This document shows, piece after piece, positions 1 to 9,289 of a stretch of 64,000 bases of DNA. The stretch comes from an uncultured Chloroflexia bacterium (GTDB lineage Bacteria > Chloroflexota > Limnocylindria > Limnocylindrales > CSP1-4). The translations under genes were made by a program, and so were the position numbers. The notes beneath the pieces were generated by a model. It was not told where the DNA came from, ran no database searches, and worked only from the letters and a program-made list of their open reading frames with translations. The stretch spans positions 197,286 to 261,285 of the forward strand of contig CAWFPC010000006.1 in NCBI GenBank assembly GCA_963817745.1. Direction: 5' to 3'. Position 1 is the first letter of the stretch. Every line of letters starts with the position of its first letter.

Positions 1-2313
1 CCGGCGGACGCTCGGATCCTCACGGCCGCGACGCTGGAGATCGACGAGTCGGCCCTCACCGGCGAGAGCGTCCCCGTCCCGAAGCAGGTCGACCCGGTCG
101 ACGCACGATGCCGGGCTGGGAGATCGCGTCGACCTCGCGTTCATGAACACGCAGGTCACCAGGGGTGCCGGGACGCTCCTGGTCATCGCGACCGGCATGG
201 CCACCGAGGTCGGTCACATCAGCGACATGCTGCAGGCGACCAAGGACGAGGTCACCCCGCTCACCCGCCAGCTCAACAAGCTGACCAACCAGATCCTGTT
301 GATCGCCGGCATCGCGCTGGCGGTGTCGATCGGGATCGGTCTCTGGCGCGATACCCCGTTCGACGAGTTGTTCCTCACGGCCATCGCATTCTCGGTATCG
401 GCGATCCCGACCGGGCTGCCGGCCGTCGTCACCGCGGTCCTGTCCGCTGGGACCCAGAAGCTGGCCGCCGCCGGGGCGATCGTGAAGCGCCTTCGCTCGG
501 TCGAGACACTCGGTTCGACCTCGGCGATCAATTCGGACAAGACCGGCACGCTCACGCTCAATCAGATGACAGCCGTCCAGATGGCGGTCGTCGGTGGACG
601 CTATGCGATCTCGGGCGAGGGCTATTCGACCGACGGTCAGATCACCCAGGTCGGCGGGCAACCCAAGGACGCCCTCGACGAGCTCTACCTGCCGATGGCG
701 CTCTGCGCCGACGCCGAGGTGAAGGACGGTTCGCTCGTCGGCGACCCGACCGAGGGCGCCCTCGTCGTCCTCGCCGCGAAGGGCGGGGTGGACCCGACAC
801 TCACTCGTGAGCGATATCCGCGGGTCGCGACGCTGCCGTTCGATGCCGCCTACAAGTTCATGGCCACGTTCCATCGGATGACCGATGCGACCGGCCGGGA
901 GGTCATCCGGTGCTTCGTCAAGGGGGCGCCGGACCAGCTGCTCGCGCGAGCTGCTCGGGCGGTAGGCGTGGATGGCGAGCGATACCCGGTCGACCAGGTC
1001 CGCGAGCCGTATCTTGCCGAGAACGAGCGGCTCGGCGCCCAGGGGCTGCGGGTCATGGCGACGGCCCGACGTGACTTCGACCCGGCCTCGTTCGATCCGA
1101 ACGCCGACCTGCTGCCCCTTGTCTCGGATCTGGACCTGATGGCGCTCGTCGGGATCGTCGATCCTCCGCGTGCCGAGGCGCGCGAGGCGATCAAGGAGGC
1201 ACACGCGGCCGGCATCCAGGTCCGGATGATCACGGGTGACCACGCCATCACCGCCGAAGCGATCGCCCGCCAGCTCGGCATCGAGGGCGAGGCGATCACC
1301 GGTGCCGAGTTCTCGCGCGATGTCGGACGACGAGGCCGATCGCCGGATCGACGGCGTCGGCGTCATCGCGCGGGTCGCCCCGGAGGACAAGGTCCGCCTC
1401 GTCGAGATCCTCCGCCGCAAGGGCCACATCGTGGCCATGACCGGCGACGGCGTGAACGATGCGCCGGCGCTCAAGATGGCGGACATCGGGGTCGCGATGG
1501 GCATCACGGGCACGGAGGTCTCCAAGGAGGCCGCGGTGATGATCCTGACCGACGACAACTTCGCGACGATCGTCAAGGCCGTCGAGTTGGGTCGCGCGCT
1601 CTACGACAACCTGCTGCGCTACATCCGATTCCAGATGACGTGCCTGTTCGGGTTCATCGGGACGTTCCTGGGGGCGAGCATCTTCAATATCCTCGGTGGC
1701 GTCCCGTTCCTGCCGCTCCAGACGCTGTGGATCAACTTCACGATCGACATCCTCCAGGCGATCGGGCTCGGGTACGGCAAGCCGCGCGAAGGCCTGATGG
1801 AGGAGAAGCCCCGACCGAAGGACCAGGTGATCCTGCCGCGCCCGCTGTTCCTCTGGCTCGCCGGGGTCGGCATCTTCATGGCCGCCGGCACGCTCGGCGT
1901 CATCGTCTGGGCCGGGAACGAATACGACGACACCGTGGCCCACACGATGGGCCTCGTCACGTTCTCGCTGTTCCACCTCTTCTATTCGCTCGAGACGGCG
2001 AACGCGGAGCGGACCCTCTTCAGCAGCGAGCTCATCGAGAACCCGATCCTGCTGCGCACGTCGGCGCTCTCGGTGGTGACGATCTTCCTGGCCACGGCGT
2101 TCGGCCCGCTGCAGCGGGTGCTCGACACGGTCGAGCTGTCGCCCGAGCTCTGGGCGGTCTGCATCGTGCGTGGCGGCATCGGTCATCGTCGTCGAGGAGG
2201 TCCGGAAGGTCTGTCCGCCGGCGCGCTCGCGCGACCGAGGCGGCGATCACGGGCACGTCGCCCGTGGCCGCGGCCGCGTCGTGAGGGCATCGCGCCGGGC
2301 ATCGACCCGATGA
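1..2313 (+). CDS. Cation-transporting P-type ATPase (P2-type, Ca2+/Mg2+-ATPase-like); 5' end lies outside the window
   Basis: Translation shows ALTGES, DKTGTLT (phospho-Asp site), TGDHAITA, MTGDGVNDAPAL and C-terminal TM helices. Coding signal changes frame near ~100, ~1320 and ~2168. The stop is at 2284 (frame of ORF 143..2284) or at 2313 (gives an ATGA overlap with the next gene). Confidence 0.9.
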
Positions 2314-3815
2314 GCGTGATCATCCCGCGCTGGGAGTTCCGGACATTCGGGCAGCAGTTCGGGGCCGCCGAGGCGGCGTTCGGTGCCATGACACCGGGCG
2401 CCGTGCAGGAGTCCGACGAGATCTACCTGCTCGTCGACGACGGGCAGCCGACGACCGATGTCGTGAAGATCCGGTTCGACCTCATGGACGTGAAGACGCT
2501 CCGCGAGGTGTCCCCGGTCGGGCTGGAGCGGTGGGAGCCGGTGGCGAAGGTCGCCTTCCCGATCGCGCCGGCCGACATGGCGATCGTGACCCAGGCGCTT
2601 CGCCTGCCGTCCAGCCCATCCGACAAGGCGGCCGCAAGCCTCGATGGATTCCTCGCGGAGGTCGCCGGGCCCGGCAGCCCGGTGCGCGCGGTCGCGGTCC
2701 ACAAGCGCCGGGTCCGCTATGCGCCCGGTGGCTGCACCGCGGAAGTCTCCGACGTCACCGCCGACGGGCAGCCCATCCGCACGATCGCGATCGAGGATGA
2801 GGACCCGGCGGCCGTGGTCGCCGCCGTCCGCTCGGTGGGTCTCGGCGGCTACGTCAACACGAGCTATCCGGTCGGTCTCGCGGCGTTGCTGGGCGGCCGG
2901 GCTCCGCGCTTCGCCGTGATCGACGTCGGGACGAACTCGGTCAAGTTCCATCTCGGTGAGCGCCTGGCTGACGGCACGTGGCGTGCGGTCGCGGACCGGG
3001 CGGAGATCACGCGGATGGGCGAGGGGCTGGACAACGGCGGTACGGTGGCGCCGGCCGCCCTCGACCGGACGATCGAGGTCATCGCCGGGATGGCCGATGA
3101 GGCGAAACGCGAGGGGGCCGTCCGGATCGCGGCGGTCGGGACGGCCTGGCTGCGGGCGGTGCGCGACCGCGACGACGTGCTGGCGACCATCCGCGAGCGG
3201 ACCGGCGTCGATGTCGAGGAGGTCAGCGGCGAGGACGAGGCCCGGCTCGCCTATGCGGCGGTCTCGATCGGGCTCCCGACCAACGCCGGTCACGTGGTCG
3301 TGTTCGACACGGGCGGGGGCAGCACGCAGTTCACCTTCGGCCAGGACGGCCGCGTCGACGAGCGCTACAGCCTGCCGCTCGGGGCCGTGGCGTACACGGA
3401 GCGGTTCGGGCTCGATCGCGCCGTCACCGCCGAGGCTCTGGACGAGGTCCTCTCGACGCTGGCTGCGGACTTCGCCAGCCTCGATGGCCGCCCGACGCCG
3501 GATGCCCTCGTGGCCATGGGCGGAGCGGTGACGAACCTCGCGGCGGTCAAGCACGAGATGGCCATCTACGACCCGGCCGTCATCCGGGGCACGGTCCTCG
3601 ATCGCGAGACGGTCGATCGCGAGATCGAGCGCTTCCGAACGCTCGATGCCGACGGGCGCCGATCGATCGTCGGCCTGCAGCCGGCGCGTGCCGAGGTGAT
3701 CCTGGCCGGTGCCTGCATCGTCCGAACGGTGATGGACAAGCTCGGCCAGGGATCGCTGACGGTCAGCGACTTCGGCCTGCGCCACGGTGTGCTCGTCGAG
3801 CGATTCGGCGCCTAG
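2310..3815 (+). CDS. Fusion protein: N-terminal CYTH-like domain (~185 aa) plus Ppx/GppA-family exopolyphosphatase / pppGpp phosphohydrolase
   Basis: ATG at 2310, no frame break. The C-terminal ~315 aa carries Ppx/GppA (ASKHA) motifs: FAVIDVGTNSVKF, IAAVGTAWLR, EARLAY, VVFDTGGGSTQF. The N-terminal part (MSVIIPRWEFRTF..KIRFDLMDVKTL..VHKRRVRY..CTAEVSDV..IAIE) has an alternating beta-strand pattern that I read as a CYTH/triphosphate-tunnel fold. That domain call is inference. Confidence 0.8.
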   Translation: MSVIIPRWEFRTFGQQFGAAEAAFGAMTPGAVQESDEIYLLVDDGQPTTDVVKIRFDLMDVKTLREVSPVGLERWEPVAKVAFPIAPADMAIVTQALRLPSSPSDKAAASLDGFLAEVAGPGSPVRAVAVHKRRVRYAPGGCTAEVSDVTADGQPIRTIAIEDEDPAAVVAAVRSVGLGGYVNTSYPVGLAALLGGRAPRFAVIDVGTNSVKFHLGERLADGTWRAVADRAEITRMGEGLDNGGTVAPAALDRTIEVIAGMADEAKREGAVRIAAVGTAWLRAVRDRDDVLATIRERTGVDVEEVSGEDEARLAYAAVSIGLPTNAGHVVVFDTGGGSTQFTFGQDGRVDERYSLPLGAVAYTERFGLDRAVTAEALDEVLSTLAADFASLDGRPTPDALVAMGGAVTNLAAVKHEMAIYDPAVIRGTVLDRETVDREIERFRTLDADGRRSIVGLQPARAEVILAGACIVRTVMDKLGQGSLTVSDFGLRHGVLVERFGA

Positions 3816-3871
3816 GCTCGCCGCGGCGCGGCGCCCGGCGCATCGATGCCGCAAGGTCATTGGAGGTTGAC

Positions 3872-4508
3872 ATGACGACGCTGGTCCTTTTCGGGCGACC
3901 CGCATCGGGCAAAGGGACCGTGGGCCAGCGGTTGGCTGAGTCCGGCTATCTGGCATGCTCCACCGGCCAGGCGATGCGCGAATGGGCTGCCGGACCATCG
4001 GACGAGCAGCGGGCATTGCGCGAGACGATGGCCGCCGGCGGGTACGGCTCTGACGAGCTGGCGGTCCGGATCGTGCGCGAGTTCATCCAGGGCCTGCCGG
4101 CCGACACGACCGGGGTGATCCTCGACGGCTTCCCGCGCGACCTCGCGCAACTTCAACGCCTGGCTCGCCGCACCGATCGATCATGGGATCGCGGTCGTCG
4201 TCGACACGCCTGAGGCCGTCTGCCGCGACCGGATGCTGGGACGCATGATCTGCCCGGCATGCGGCTGGTCGGACCATACGCCGACCACGATCTGCGTCCG
4301 CTGCGGGGCCGAGCTCCAGCGACGCACGGACGATGGGGACGCGGCCGTCTTCGATCGCCGCGTCCATGACTACGAGACGCGTGTCGCGCCTGTCATCGAC
4401 GCATGGGCTGATGCGGACCTGCCGCTCATCCGGCTCGATGGCACCCGTGACGTGGATGCCATCGCCGGGGAGCTCGATGCTGAGGTGGCTCGCATCGAGG
4501 GAAGGTGA
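3872..4508 (+). CDS. adk: Adenylate kinase-like NMP kinase with a Cys4 zinc lid (paralog located outside a ribosomal-protein cluster)
   Basis: GGAGG lies 5 nt upstream of ATG 3872. Motifs: P-loop GRPASGKGT, DGFPR, and lid CPACG..CVRCG. A frame change at ~4165 joins ORFs 3860..4213 and 4233..4508. Confidence 0.75.
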
Positions 4509-4615
4509 CGGCTCCGCCTCGATCACCGGCCCGCGAGGAGGTTCCCCAAGCCACATGATCCAAGACGTTACGATCTCGCGCCGGATCCGGGATCTGGGCC
4601 GAGGTTGAGCCCGAC

Positions 4616-6580
4616 ATGACCGCGGGCACCGCGCGCGCAGGGGTCGAGCGGTGGGTGCCGGGCGTCCGGGTCCTCCGGACGTACGAGCGATCGTGGCTGA
4701 CGCGTGACGTGATCGCTGGTGTCGTGCTCGTCACCCTGCTCGTCCCCCAGGGGATGGCCTACGCGGAGCTGGCCGGCCTGCCCGCCATCACCGGGCTGTA
4801 TACGACGGTCGTGTGCCTCATCGCGTACGCCCTAGTCGGACCGTCGCCGATCCTGGTGCTCGGTCCTGACTCGTCGCTGGGCCCGATGATCGCCGCGACG
4901 ATCCTGCCGCTCGCCGCCGGCGATCCGGAACAGGCGATCGCGCTTGCCGGCATGCTCGCGCTCCTGGTGGGCGTGGTCACTGTGAGCGCAGGCGTCCTCA
5001 AGCTGGGCTTCGTCGCCGACCTGCTCTCGAACCCGGTCCGGACCGGGTACCTGGCCGGACTCGCGGTGGTCATCCTCATCAGTCAGCTGCCGAAGCTCTT
5101 CGGGTTCTCGACCGACGCCGACGGGCTCGTCAGCGAGGTGGGCGCGTTCCTCGGCGGTCTCGAGATGACGAACCCGTGGGCGCTCGGGATCGGCCTGCTC
5201 AGCCTCATGCTCATCCTCGGCCTCAAGTGGCTGGCACCCAGGACGCCCGGCATCCTGGTCGCTGGCGTCGTCGCGATCGGGTTCTCGCTCGTGCTCGACC
5301 TGGCTGCGCGCGGTGTCGACGTCATCGGCGTGCTGCCCCAGGGCTTCCCCGTGCCGGCGTTCCCTGCTGTCGAGGCGACGGACCTCCCGCTGCTGTTCGC
5401 GTCGGCGCTCGGCATCTCGCTGGTCGCCATGGGCGACACGATCTCGATGTCCGGCGGCTTCTCCAGGCGCGCGGGCTACGAGGTGGACGGCGACCAGGAG
5501 CTCGTCGGGATCGGCTCAGCCAACCTGGCGGCGGGGATGTTCACGGGCTTTCCCGTGAGCACGAGCGGGTCGCGCACCGCCGTCGCGTTCCAGTCCGGGG
5601 CAAAGACCCAGCTGACCGGCCTGATCGCGGCGGCCCTCATCGTGGGGTTGCTCCTGTTCGCGCCGGGTCTGGTCCAGGCGATGCCGCAGCCCGTCCTCGC
5701 TGCGATCGTGATCGCGGCATCGATCAGCCTGTTCGACGCCGCCGCGCTGCGCCAGCTGTATCGGGTGCAGCGGACAGAGTTCGGGCTCGCCGTCGCCTGT
5801 GCCCTGGGGGTCATGTTCCTGGGCGTCCTGCTCGGCATCGTCATCGCCGTGGCGCTGTCGGCCGTCTACATCTTCGCGCGAGTCGCGGCACCGTACTCGA
5901 CGGTCCTCGGAAAGCCAGCAGGCGTCCCCGGCTGGCACGACATCCGACACTATCCCGATACGGAACAGGTCCCGGGGCTGCTCATCGTCCGCTGGTCCGC
6001 ACCGCTCTTCTTCGCGAACGCGAACCAGTTCCGCGACCGCATCCGCGAGCTCGTCAAGGCCGCAGATGCCCCGCCCGAGTGGATCCTCGTCGCCGCCGAG
6101 CCGATCACCGACATCGACACGACCGCCGCGTCGATGCTGATCAACCTCGATCTCGAGCTGAATGCGCAGGGGATCCACCTCGCGTTCGCGGAGCTCCCGA
6201 CCAGCGTCAGGGACTCGATCGTGCGCTTCGGGCTGCTCGAGACGATCGACCAGGGCCACCTGTACGCATCCGTGACCGAGGGTGTCAAGGCGTTCCGCGC
6301 CGAGGCGGCGCGAGGCGAGGCGAAACCGCCCCGGAAGTGTCGAAGCGCTCGTCAGGTCCGTGAACCGGGTCGCATCAAAGCACGATGGGTTCCACATTTC
6401 GCGCGCATCCGATATGGTGCCGGTCTTCTGTGCGTTCCCGGTATGAGGGAACTCGCAGGCCCACGTGAGGAACGCAATGTTGAAGACCGCCCCCTGGTCC
6501 GCTGCTGGTCACGGATCTGCAGGACCGCATCGATGAACTTCGCGGGATCCTTGACAGCATTGCTCCGAGTGCCGACCTGA
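4616..6580 (+). CDS. SulP-family anion permease with C-terminal STAS domain
   Basis: TM core includes LVPQGMAYAELAGLP and GDTISMS. The STAS domain reads LLIVRWSAPLFFANANQFRD..IHLAFAELP. No frame break. The last ~80 codons (after ~6330) run into a lower-GC patch and are probably not genuine coding sequence; a stop in another frame lies at 6363. Confidence 0.85.
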   Translation: MTAGTARAGVERWVPGVRVLRTYERSWLTRDVIAGVVLVTLLVPQGMAYAELAGLPAITGLYTTVVCLIAYALVGPSPILVLGPDSSLGPMIAATILPLAAGDPEQAIALAGMLALLVGVVTVSAGVLKLGFVADLLSNPVRTGYLAGLAVVILISQLPKLFGFSTDADGLVSEVGAFLGGLEMTNPWALGIGLLSLMLILGLKWLAPRTPGILVAGVVAIGFSLVLDLAARGVDVIGVLPQGFPVPAFPAVEATDLPLLFASALGISLVAMGDTISMSGGFSRRAGYEVDGDQELVGIGSANLAAGMFTGFPVSTSGSRTAVAFQSGAKTQLTGLIAAALIVGLLLFAPGLVQAMPQPVLAAIVIAASISLFDAAALRQLYRVQRTEFGLAVACALGVMFLGVLLGIVIAVALSAVYIFARVAAPYSTVLGKPAGVPGWHDIRHYPDTEQVPGLLIVRWSAPLFFANANQFRDRIRELVKAADAPPEWILVAAEPITDIDTTAASMLINLDLELNAQGIHLAFAELPTSVRDSIVRFGLLETIDQGHLYASVTEGVKAFRAEAARGEAKPPRKCRSARQVREPGRIKARWVPHFARIRYGAGLLCVPGMRELAGPREERNVEDRPLVRCWSRICRTASMNFAGSLTALLRVPT

Positions 6581-6699
6581 CGCCGTCCGAGCGACGATCG
6601 CTCGAGCGTGCCTTCGACCGATTCCAGACCGCCGACGACGCCCTCGCCCGGCACATCGAGACCATGGTCCGGCGCTCGACGGGGCGACCGCGCACGTAG
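6477..6699 (+). CDS. Hypothetical small helical protein (~73 aa), intact only if one base of a C5 run is removed
   Basis: GAGGA lies 6 nt upstream of ATG 6477. Downstream, frame 1 reads LLVTDLQDRIDELRGILDSIAPSADLTPSERRSLERAFDRFQTADDALARHIETMV with stop 6697-6699. The two frames join if the homopolymer ccccc at ~6489-6493 is one base shorter. No family recognised. Confidence 0.35.
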
Positions 6700-6763
6700 C
6701 TCGATCCGGGCTATCGAAGGTCGCGCGTCACCGCGGCCAGACCATCGACGCTCGAGGGTGTGG

Positions 6764-8621
6764 TCAGGGCGCCGTCCAGCGCAGCGCGCCGTACAGCGGC
6801 GGGCCGTTGCCCTCGCAGTGCTGCACGAAGCGGAGCGAGATCGACCGGAGCACCGGGGTCTCCGGATACTCGACGTTGTCGTAGGTGATCTCGTCGATCG
6901 CGAAGGCGCCCGAAAGCTCGTTACAGCCACGTCCCTCGCCGGCCACGGCCAGGCCGCCCTTGGCGGTGTTGTGGTTCGGCCATCGCTGGACGTCGTCGTA
7001 CAGGCCAACGGCAAGTATCGGCTGGTTGTAGCGGCCTTCGAGCTCGACTCGCCAGTCGGAGCCACCTGCGGCGGTCTCTCGCACGAAGAACTGGAAGGTC
7101 CGCCCGAACCAATCGGGCGTCAGCGTCGAGTCAGCCGCCGTGTAGAGCTCCGTCCGACCCTGGCCGATCCAGTCGCCGGGGGAGGACTCGAAATACAGGT
7201 AGTCACCGGTGTCGGGGACCGCTCCTGCCGGCGGTGACCATGGGAACGCGGCGGCGTCACCCGGCGGTGGTGGCTGGGTCGGGTCGGCGAAGTCGTACCG
7301 CACGTAGCCGCGCAGGGGCGGCCCGGTGACCTCACAGCGCTGCTCGAAGCGGACCGTGAGCGTCAGCATCATGCCGTTCCCGTAGGAGACCTCGTCGACG
7401 ACGAAGCGGCCAAGCAGCTGATTGCAGCCACGGCCCTCGCCGAAGAAGGACAGGCCCGGGTTCGCGAACGGGTAGCGACCCACGTTGTCCCACGCGCCGG
7501 TCACCACGCTCGTGCCCGGGTCAGTCTCCTTGAACTGCAGGCGCCAATCCTCGTCCCCGGCGACGTACAGGTCGACCGCGTTCTGGACGGCGTTGGCGCC
7601 GACACCGGCGTCCGCCTGGGTGTAGAGGTACGTGCCGCCCTGACCGATGTAGTCGCCAGGGCTGCTCTCGAGGTAGATGACGGTCCCGGTCGCCGGGATG
7701 GAACCGACCGGGGGCTGCCAGTCGAATGGCGCTGGGCTCGGTGTCGGCGTTGGCGTCGGCGTCGGGGTCGGCGTCGGCGTCGGCGTGGGCGTGGGTGTGG
7801 GCGTCGGCGTGGGCGTGGGCGTGGGCGTTGGCGTGGGTGTCGGTGTCGGCGTGGGCGTGGGCGTCGGCGCGGCGTCGGTGTTGCGGACGGTCACGAGCCC
7901 CAGCCCGTCGGCCAGCGACGTGTTCGAGACGGAGGTGACGATCAGCTCCAGCGTCTCATCCGGCTCCAGGACGATGTCGCCCGACACCTGGACGCGAACG
8001 AGCGTGCCCATCGCGCCCTTCGGGATCGTGCCGGTGCCCGAGGCCGCTGGGGCGTCGGACCCGACGGTGGCGCTGCCCGGATCGAAGCTGCCAGTCGAAT
8101 GAGACGACCTTGTTCGGCGGCCCACCGAGGGTGGCCGGCACGGCGACCCCGATGAGGCCGGCGTCCGGCTCCGTGACGATGACGTCGCCGACGCTGAGCC
8201 CCGTGGCGGTCGGTCGGACCGTGACCAGGCCGACGCCATCGGCTGCGGTCGCCCCGGAAACCGAGGAGAGCTGGACCGAGAAGGTCTCGGCCGGTTCGGT
8301 ATCGCGATCGGCTCTGACGTCGACGGTGACCTTGCCACCGGCTGCACCCGCTGGGATGACCAGCGTGCCGCTTGCGGCAACGAAGTCGCTGAGGCCGGCG
8401 CTGCCAGCGACCGTGGTCCAGCCGATCGTGATCGCCGATGCCGGTCCGCCGTGGACGGTCACCGGTAGTTCGACTGCGACCGTCCCGTTGCGATTGGACG
8501 GCTCCGCGACGCTGACGTCGCCGATCGAGACCTTCGGCGGATCGGCTGCACCGACCGCACCCGGCAGGCCGGTCAGGATCAGCGCCGTCACGATCACGCC
8601 GATGAGTCGTCCCCGTCGCAT
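6764..8621 (-). CDS. Secreted multidomain protein: signal peptide, 2x Calx-beta-like modules, PT linker, 2x unassigned ~150-aa C-terminal modules
   Basis: ATG 8621 is preceded by GAGGGG. Signal peptide: [25 protein letters not shown]. Calx-beta-like modules: [23 protein letters not shown] and [26 protein letters not shown]. About 21 PT dipeptides follow. The two C-terminal paralogous modules share ESSPGDxIGQG..LYT..AD..GEGRGCN.L.G.F..DE..Y..RF.Q.CE..GPPL.G. One frame change at ~8090-8105. Confidence 0.8.
7736..7868 (-). repeat. Tandem 6-bp repeat (GGYGTS on the plus strand) encoding the (Pro-Thr)n linker
   Basis: About 22 consecutive hexamers (gcgtcg / gcgtgg / gtgtcg variants) are read directly. 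In the coding frame of the minus-strand gene they translate to PTPTPT... Confidence 0.95.
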
Positions 8622-8769
8622 CGTTTCCCCTCGTGTATCGCCGGGACCAGGATGCGTGCGCGGCCCGCGTGCCGACGTCGCGCGGCGCCAGTCTACGGGC
8701 CGACGACGCGGTGGGGAAGGGGCTTTGGTGCCGCATCCGCACCACCGGTATGGCCTGCGATCCGCGACC

Positions 8770-8799
8770 TTCACGTGAACGTCAATGTTGTGCTACGAT
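8770..8799 (+). promoter_or_regulatory. Putative MerR-type promoter/operator
   Basis: A perfect 10-bp palindrome TTCACGTGAA (8770-8779) overlaps a -35-like TTCACG. After an 18-nt spacer comes TACGAT (8794-8799), which ends 4 nt before ATG 8804, so the transcript would be near-leaderless. Confidence 0.45.
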
Positions 8800-8803
8800 C
8801 GCC

Positions 8804-9289
8804 ATGATGCCCACCCTGCCGACCGAGACCACCCTCCTGCGGATCCAGGAAGTCGCCGCCGAGACCGGCCTGACGACCCGCGCGATCCGCTACTACGAGG
8901 AGATGGGCCTGCTCGAGCCGGCCGCCCGCTCCGACGGGTCCTATCGGCTGTACGACGCATCCGACCTCGAGCGACTGCGCTACATCCGCGGCCTGCGCGA
9001 CGACGCCGGGTTCTCCCTGGCGCAGATCCGCGAGTTGCTCGAGGACGAGACGACCCGCGAACGCAACCGGGAGCGCTTCCGCTCGACGGACGATCCGGCA
9101 GAGCGGCGCGCGATCATCATCGACGCCCTCGAACGGACCCAGCGCCGGATCACGACCCTGCAGGGGAAGCTCGATCGTCTGGCGGGGATGATCGATGAGG
9201 CCGAGGATCGGCGGCGGCACCTCGAGGGCCACCTCGCCGACCTCGACGAGTCGCCGTCGAAGCCCCCGCGCCACCACCGGACACCATGA
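8804..9289 (+). CDS. MerR-family transcriptional regulator
   Basis: MerR HTH: LRIQEVAAETGLTTRAIRYYEEMGLLEP..YRLY. Coiled-coil C-terminus. The stop overlaps the next start (ATGA at 9286). Confidence 0.85.
   Translation: MMPTLPTETTLLRIQEVAAETGLTTRAIRYYEEMGLLEPAARSDGSYRLYDASDLERLRYIRGLRDDAGFSLAQIRELLEDETTRERNRERFRSTDDPAERRAIIIDALERTQRRITTLQGKLDRLAGMIDEAEDRRRHLEGHLADLDESPSKPPRHHRTP

Noticed and set aside
3838-3849. Palindrome GCATCGATGC about 25 nt upstream of the Adk-like gene, as a possible operator
   Set aside because: It is only a 10-bp core with no loop or partner site and no adjacent regulator gene. It is indistinguishable from a chance palindrome in this context.
7736-7868. Regular short tandem repeat that could be mistaken for a CRISPR-like or microsatellite element
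   Set aside because: The unit is only 6 bp, there are no spacers, and it lies in-frame inside the Calx-beta gene, where it encodes a Pro-Thr linker.
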